Assembly (NCBI GenBank): GCA_963770565.1
Contig: CAVYQE010000001.1
Span: 32,001-96,000, forward strand
Origin: an uncultured Actinomycetota bacterium
GTDB lineage: Bacteria > Actinomycetota > Actinomycetes > JAFAQI01
Direction: 5' to 3'
Length of the DNA stretch: 64,000 bases
Made by a program: the position numbers and the translations under genes. The notes beneath the pieces are model-generated. The model made no database searches and was not told where the DNA came from. It was given only the letters and a program-made list of their open reading frames with translations. Numbering within the stretch: position 1 is the first letter of the stretch; each line of letters starts with the position of its first letter. Below, piece after piece: positions 57,547 to 64,000 of this stretch.

Positions 57547-58419
57547 TAGGCTGTGAAAAATGCTCGATTTGTTGCGGCACCGGGGTGGGGCGGTTTGATT
57601 GGTTTTTGTTCCGCGCGCTGCGATTGCCCGCGCTTCGCAATCAACCAGAGTCGTGGTCATGGCATTCGTCTCTCGTAGCCTCGGGCTGCGCCGGTGCTGT
57701 GCAATCTGTGCGGTTTCGAGGTGGAATTCGAGTTCGTGTTTTGGTCGGTTTTTGTTCCGCCTACGTACTCGCGCAATTCCGATTCTGAGGTGGCATGAAA
57801 TTCATCCCGATAGGGATGGTAGACATTAGCCGGCGGTTTCGGCCGCAGGCCGACACCGCCGGTATCGGAACGCGAAAAACTTGCTTCGACCCCGGTAGGG
57901 GTCGCAGAGCGCTGGCACCCCTATCGGGGTGCAAAAGGGGTTATTCGATTTCACGACCGGTGGTATCGGCCTGACGGCCTCAACCACCGGCTAATGTCTG
58001 GGAACCCTACCGGGTTCCTTGATCTCCTGCCGTCCCTTCCAAAACCCGGAACAAAAACAGCATAAACGTTGACACGAACCCCGCTAAAGACTGCCGCGCT
58101 TGCCTCGATCCGCGAAAATCCGCGCAATCCGCGGCAAAATGCTTGTTTCTTGCCGCGGATTCGCGGATTTTCGCGGATTTTCGAATCGGCAAATCGAACA
58201 GCCGAACGACGCCAACTCGACGACCTTTTCCGACTCCTCGAGCGGGCTGCCGACGTTTTTTCCCTGCGGAATCGCCCGGCGGGAATGCCGCGGCTACTTG
58301 AAAAAGCCGGCGGCAACTTTCGATCGGTCGAAACAACATCGCTCGACCACGCCGCGCGCGAGCGGAACAAATAGGGAATAAACTTTCGAACTCTCGAAGG
58401 GCCGATTTTTCACAGCCTA
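57547..58419. mobile_element. MITE copy 3 (inverted, about 870 bp, different REP cargo)
   Basis: Perfect TIR TAGGCTGTGAAAAA/TTTTTCACAGCCTA; flanking direct repeat GGGCGGAGC(T); right end is the reverse complement of the copy-1 left end. Confidence 0.85.
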
Positions 58420-58436
58420 GGGCGGAGCTGCCGGCT

Positions 58437-58627
58437 GGAGCACGGCTCTCCCGAGCCGGCTGTAGCACGGCTCTCCCGAGCCGGCTGGAGCACGGCTCTC
58501 CCGAGCCGGATGGAGCACGGCTCTCCCGAGCCGGATGTAGGACGGCTCTCCCGAGCCGTCCGTGGCTGTGGCATGGCTCTCCCGAGCCGTTTCCGCAACG
58601 CCGGACGGCTCGGGAGAGCCGTCCTAC
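58437..58627. repeat. GTAG-type REP cluster: six tandem copies (mostly 25-bp period) plus one inverted
   Basis: GGCTCTCCCGAGCCG-containing units starting near 58437, 58462, 58487, 58512, 58537 and 58568; inverted copy at 58604-58627. Confidence 0.88.
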
Positions 58628-58767
58628 AGCGCCGATTTTCACAGCGTCGATTTCACAGCGCCCGCGCGTTGCCTTTTTGCAACGTATGTTTCTCTGCCGC
58701 CATCTCCTGGCGGCGGCTCGCCCGAGCGAGCGCGGCTTGAAATCGAATTCGCATCCCCGGCTCGACC

Positions 58768-59890
58768 ATGCGCACGATCCGTTCGACAACGGTTTTCCAG
58801 CGAGCGATTGCGCTGGCGATCGTCGGCCTTGTCGCCGGTTGCGCGGCGCGGCGTTCGTCGGCCGCGGTCGATTTTCCGGATCCGCGGCCGCTGTCGCCCG
58901 TCGAAGCGCGGATGTTGGCCGACGGCGCGGGCGGGACATTTCATCGGTTTTCGTTGATCGATGCCGCGCTGGTGGCCAGCGGAATCGAGCGCGACGCGGA
59001 TCGAGCCCGCTATCGCCGGAAATACGCGCTGTGGCGCGACGCGGCGCGGCGGTCGATCGCGGCCGAACCCTCGCCGCTGCGCCGCGCGGCGGCCCTGTTC
59101 GCGTTCATGCATCGCAAAATCCTCACGGGAAACTACGACGCAGCGGCGACCGAGTTGACCCATCCCCTCGACGAGGGCCGCTTCAATTGCGCCAGCGCCA
59201 CGCTCCTGTTCACGGCGCTCGCCACCGATTGCGGGCTGACGGTTCACGCCATCGAGCGGCCGCGTCATGCGATGTGCGTTTTGGAGATCGACGGCCGGCG
59301 GACCGACGTCGAAACGACCTGTCCGAATTGGTTCGAAATCGCTCCCGCGGTCCGGCGGCAGGCGGAGATCGCCCTGGCCATGCGCCACGCGCGCGACGAC
59401 AAGATGGCCGGCGGCGGGGTGTCCGGCGATGCGAAGATCGGCGCAAGCTCGACCGGCGATCGCGCGGCGCTGGGCCGGGAAATCGGCCCGGCGGCGCTTG
59501 TGGCCATGATCTATTACAACCGGGGCGTCGATCGGCTCCGCGAACGACGGTATGCCGCAGCGGTGTCGGAGAATCTGCGTGCTTTGCGGCTCGATCCGAT
59601 CAACGAAACGGCCCGCGGCAATCTGCTGGCCGCGATCGACAATTGGGCGCTGGCGCGCTCGGCGGCGGGCGATTATCGCGCGGCTGCCGATCTGCTGGCC
59701 CGCGGGCTGGCGATCGCCCCCGACCACGAGCCATTCCTGCGCCAATCGGCGGCATGTGTATCGCACCTGGATTCAATCGCTCGTCGCCGCCGGCGAGCGG
59801 CGCGAAGCGATCGCCATCCTCGCCGCCGCGAGAAAAGCCGACCCCAACTCGCTCGTCTGGAATCTCTGGTCGCAAAGATTGGGGCTTTAA
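58768..59890 (+). CDS. Lipoprotein with transglutaminase-like core and TPR region (frameshift)
   Basis: Lipobox VAGC; GRFNCASATLL, PRHAM, DVETT; TPR YYNRG...LRLDP.NE.A.GNL. Confidence 0.7.
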
Positions 59891-59967
59891 CCGGGACTTC
59901 GGCGATCGAATCACTCCCTGCCACCGCGTCATGGCGAGTTGGATTCATCCGTTTGTCGAAATTGCCG

Positions 59968-60114
59968 GCCCCCGACCCCCGACCCCCGACCCCCGACCCC
60001 CGACCCCCGCCCCCCGACCCCCCGACCCCACCCCCGACCCCCGACCCCCGACCCCCGGCCCCCGACCCCCGACCCCCGACCCCCGACCCCAGGCCCCCCG
60101 ACCCCCGACCCCCG
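59968..60114. repeat. Heptamer tandem repeat (CCCCGAC)n
   Basis: About 20 degenerate CCCCGAC units upstream of ilvB. Confidence 0.9.
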
Positions 60115-60128
60115 GCTTCGTCCTGCCG

Positions 60129-60157
60129 TTGCGAGCCGCCGAGCGGTGGCGTATCTT
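60129..60157 (+). promoter_or_regulatory. Putative sigma70 promoter of ilvB
   Basis: TTGCGA-17 nt-TATCTT about 80 nt before the start codon. Confidence 0.45.
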
Positions 60158-60234
60158 AGTAGGTTTGGCGTTCGAGCGAGTCCGTAGTCTGTTCTCGACA
60201 TCCGACCCCCCACGCAAATGCAGCGAGGTGATCC

Positions 60235-62002
60235 ATGGCGACCGCGACCAAACCCCGTAGTGCGAATCAGCTTGTCACCGGCGCGGACGTGGTCGTCCAA
60301 TCGCTGGTGAATCACGGGGTCGAGGTGATTTTCGCCTATCCGGGCGGAGCGAGCATGCCCCTGCATCAATCGCTCACGCGGTTCAAAGATCAACTCCGTA
60401 CGATCCTCCCCCGCCATGAGCAGGGGGGCAGTTTCGCGGCCCAAGGCTATGCCCGCTCGACCGGCAAGCCGGGGGTTTGCATGGCCACGAGCGGCCCCGG
60501 CGCTTTGAACCTCGTGACCGCCATCGGCGACGCCAAGATGGACAGCATTCCGCTGGTCGCGCTGACCGGCCAGGTCGGCACGTCGGTGATCGGCTCCGAC
60601 GCCTTTCAAGAAACGCCGATCGTCGAGGTCTGCCGCGGGATCACGAAGCATCATTATCTCGTGACCGACGTGCAGGACGTGGCCCGCGTGATGCGCGAGG
60701 CATTTCACATCGCGACGACCGGTCGGCCCGGCCCGGTGCTGGTCGATCTGCCGAAAAACGTGCAGCAGGCGCAGGTCGTGCCCGACTACGACGTGCCGAT
60801 GAACTTGCCCGGCTATCGCGTCGAGCGGCATCGGCGCGGCCCGAGCAAATCGCCCAGGTCGCCGCGGCGATCCACCGCGCGGCGGCCGGTGATCTATGCC
60901 GGCGGCGGGATCATCTCCGGCGACGCCAGCGAAGAGCTGCGGGGCTGATTCACAAGACGGGCATCCCGATCACCACGACCGTCATGGGGCTCGGCGCCGT
61001 GCGCGGCGACGATCCGCTCTGGCTCGACATGCTCGGCATGCATGGCAGCGTCTATTCGAACTATGCGGTCGACGAGGCCGATCTCGTGCTGGCGCTGGGG
61101 GTGCGATTCGACGACCGCGTGACCGGCAAGAAGGAGGAATTCGCCAAGCCGCCTTCATCGTTCACATCGACATCGACCCCTCGGAGATCAACAAGAACAA
61201 GCTGGCTCATATCCCGATCGTCAGCGATTTGAAATTCGCGCTGGGGGAATTGAACAAGATCGTCGAGCCGCCGGCGGCCGACCTCGAGCCGTGGCACCGG
61301 CAGATCGCCGAGTGGAAGGCCGGCGATCCGCTGCATTACGACGCCTCGTTCGAGGGCATCCTGCCCCAGCACGCGATTGCCGAACTCTCGCGGCTGACCG
61401 GCGGCGAAGACACGATCATCACCGTCGGCGTCGGCCAGCATCAGATGTGGTCGGCCCAGTTCTACAAGTTCATGCACCCCCGCACCTGGCTTTCCAGCTC
61501 CGGCCTGGGGACGATGGGCTTCGGGCTGCCGGCCGCGATGGGGGCCAAGGCGGCTCATCCGGACAAGCTGGTCGTCGATATCGACGGCGATGGCAGCTTC
61601 ATGATGAACATTCAAGAGTTGGCCACCTGCTTTTGCGAGAAGCTGCCGGTCAAGGTCATGCTGCTCAACAATCAGCATCTCGGGATGGTCGTGCAGTGGG
61701 AGGATCGATTTTTCAAGGGGAATCGGGCGCACACCTATCTCGGTCCGATCGACAATCCCGAGGCGACGGGCGAGGGAGACGGGCTGGGCCCGGCCGTTCG
61801 TTACCCCGACTTCGTGACGATCGCCAAGGGTTTCGGCTGCGGTGCGCGGCATGTGAAGAAGAAGGCCGAACTGACCGACGCCCTGCGCGAGATGATCGCC
61901 TACGACGGCCCGTTCGTGCTCGACGTCGAGGTGCCTTATCAAGAGCACGTCCTGCCGATGATCCCCTCGGGCATGACGGTCCGCGACTTGATCAAGGAAT
62001 AG
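60235..62002 (+). CDS. ilvB: Acetolactate synthase large subunit (frameshifted)
   Basis: [58 protein letters not shown] motif DGDGSF..N...NN, V.QW. Confidence 0.95.
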
Positions 62003-62046
62003 GGCCGAGCGGCACGGCGCCGTTGGAGAACGGCCGACCAAATCGA

Positions 62047-62688
62047 TTTCTCGTTCCCAGGCTCCGCCTGGGAACGCACTGCTCCTGAGGCTCCGCCTCA
62101 ACATCCTGGCGCCGCTCGGTTCGCAGTGCCCCTGTCGGGCGCTCCGCCGGCCGCTCACGGCCGCGGCGTGCCGGCGGTGGGACTCGCAGCCGAGTCGGGC
62201 GAGCATTGGGCACCATGTCGGCGCGGGGCGTCAGTCGCTGGCAATGACGACGAGGCGGAGCCTCGCGGGCAGTGCGGTCCCAGGCAGAGCCTGGGACCGA
62301 GGGAAAATGTACTCGTCACGCTCCGCGTGACGTTTCCGGTTACCGTACTCGTCACGCTCCGCGTGACGATCATCCTCACGCGGAGCGTGAGGAGTACATT
62401 TTTTTCTCGTTCCCAGGCTCCGCCTGGGAACGCACTGCTCCTGAGGCTCCGCCTCAACATCCTGGCGCCGCTCGGTTCGCAGTGCCCTGTCGGGCGCTCC
62501 GCCGGCCGCTCGCGGCCGTGCCGTGCCGGCGGTGGGTCTTGCTGCCGAGTCGGGCGAGCATTGGGCACCATGTCGGCGCGGGGCGTTAGTCGCTGGCAAC
62601 GACGACGAGGCGGAGCCTCGCGGGCAGTGCGGTCCCAGGCAGAGCCTGGGACCGAGGGAACATGTACTCGTCACGCTCCGCGTGACGT
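62047..62688. repeat. Two copies (period about 356 bp) of a composite REP element
   Basis: CTCGTTCCCAGGCTCCGCCTGGGAACG...CCCAGGCAGAGCCTGGGACCGAG at 62047 and 62403; TACTCGTCACGCTCCGCGTGACG REPs follow each copy. Confidence 0.88.
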
Positions 62689-62782
62689 TGGGGCGAACAA
62701 AGGGGACATTCTGCTGTTCCGGCATGAATAAAGCAGAATGTCCCAACTGCCGTCCCCTTAAATTGAGTCCGCCCTACCCGCG

Positions 62783-63201
62783 CTACCATCCTGGGCCGCT
62801 TCGCCTGCTGGGCGGCGAAACGAGACGGAGCATGTGGGGGTTAAACTCGTCTGGCGGCTCGCCGCGTTCAACGCAGTCGATCATTTTTATAAGGTCTGAA
62901 AAGCCGGAAATCCAATCATCCCAGAACTCGGGCTGCTCCCAGTCCTTCGGCCCGCGATCGGTGTTGACCCTATACGCGTCCTTGATCGCCTGTACCAAAA
63001 GCTGCTTGGTTGCGGGCGAAGCTGGCGCACATCTATTGTATAGTAAAGGTTGACCGCCTCGTCGTGCTCCAGCCACTCCGCGAATCCACGACCCTCTGGA
63101 GTGTCCGGCAGCGACTCAATTACATTCCGAACCAGAACCCTGAACGCCCAGCCGGATCGGCCATATGCACGCCCATCGCCGAGAACCAATAGGCCACCCA
63201 T
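62783..63201 (-). CDS. Hypothetical protein, possible immunity protein (frameshift)
   Basis: GGAGG SD; MGGLLVLGDGRAYGRSGWAF... joined to ...WDDWISGFSDLIKMI; lies between 24-bp direct repeats. Confidence 0.55.
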
Positions 63202-63399
63202 CACGCGTCCCTCCGTCCTGTGATTGATCCGATTTGAGTGATTTAAGGAATTGAGCGTGCGAGGGGACAGCAAACGGGAAGCATCGCGTGCAACGAGAAA
63301 GAGCCGATCCGGGAACCCGAGAAACCCTAATGGCGTAAGCTGAATCAGGCTTGCACGATAGGCTCTCGGACAGGCTCTGGGGCGAACAAAGGGGACATT

Positions 63400-63928
63400 C
63401 TATTGGAATGTCCCCTTTCCCGCCCTTGTAAATGGATTCTTGAATGGTCTTTCCACCATTTCGACGTTGGGATCGTATTTCAGGATGTCAACGTCGCCCA
63501 GCCATAATTCGAAAAACCCGTCGAGCGCGTAATCCTGAGGGAATAGCCGGCCGCCATCCAAGGTGTAAACACGCTGGATTCCGTCACACTTGACGCACGA
63601 CAGGATTGCGCAACCCCCAACCGCAAAATGGCAGAAGGCCAGCTTCCCATGTTTTCCCCATTTCCCTATGATCGCGTTCGAGCATTTTGTATGTTGCCAC
63701 GATATTCCCATAATCCGAGCAATGCCCGGCATCGACGCCCATAACGCCGCGGCCCGGGCCGAATCCGCCGTTTGCAATCTCCAGATAGCATTCCCGAAGC
63801 AACGGCGGCAAACCAAACCCGAGGTCCGCTTCCGCCTGGGCAATGCCGGCCGCATTGGCTGGCGGAACCGCCACGTCGAGACACCTCACTTCAATGAACC
63901 TCTTGATCCGATCGACTAGGCTGGACAT
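63400..63928 (-). CDS. SMI1/KNR4 (SUKH) family immunity protein (frameshifted)
   Basis: IAQAEADLGFGLPPLLRECYLEIANGGFGP, LLPFCGWG(C)AILSCVKC; GGAGGAG SD. Confidence 0.8.
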
Positions 63929-64000
63929 AATTCTCCTCCGGTCACAAATCCAACCACCTTTCCGGTCGCGCCCAGCCAAAAGGTAATTGGCGTTCCGTTG

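Noticed and set aside
59890-60235. ilvB attenuator leader peptide
   Set aside because: No short Ile/Leu/Val-rich ORF with a terminator; the region is a CCCCGAC repeat plus a promoter.

Overview
High-GC bacterial chromosomal window, most likely Planctomycetota. This is inferred from a DUF1559 gene, RFSLRTLL-type N-termini, an SHD1 protein, prenyltransferase-repeat and MoxR/DUF58/transglutaminase genes, and a 23S-5S unit without 16S. More than half of the genes, including mutL, hflX and ilvB, carry single-base frameshifts, which points to long-read indel errors rather than real pseudogenes. Recognisable genes include hemH (partial), hflX, mutL, ribBA, ilvB, an NtrC-type regulator, GH15, GT2 and a RidA protein. 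Highlights: (1) a stand-alone 23S-5S rRNA operon whose 23S holds two group I introns at E. coli positions 1917 and 1951 around a 34-nt exon, as in Coxiella burnetii. The L1951 intron encodes a LAGLIDADG endonuclease whose stop codon straddles the 3' splice site. (2) Three loci where single AT-richer minus-strand genes sit between short repeated boundary motifs (GTGACTGTCTGGAA or AAAGGGGACATTC families), resembling a REP-bounded gene-cassette system. (3) A MITE family with target-site duplications that carries different REP cargos. (4) Many tandem amplifications of REP-containing units, with periods of 25 to 356 bp. (5) A Dcm + DUF262 + HEPN + Vsr defence islet next to mutL. All calls come from reading the sequence; no searches were run.
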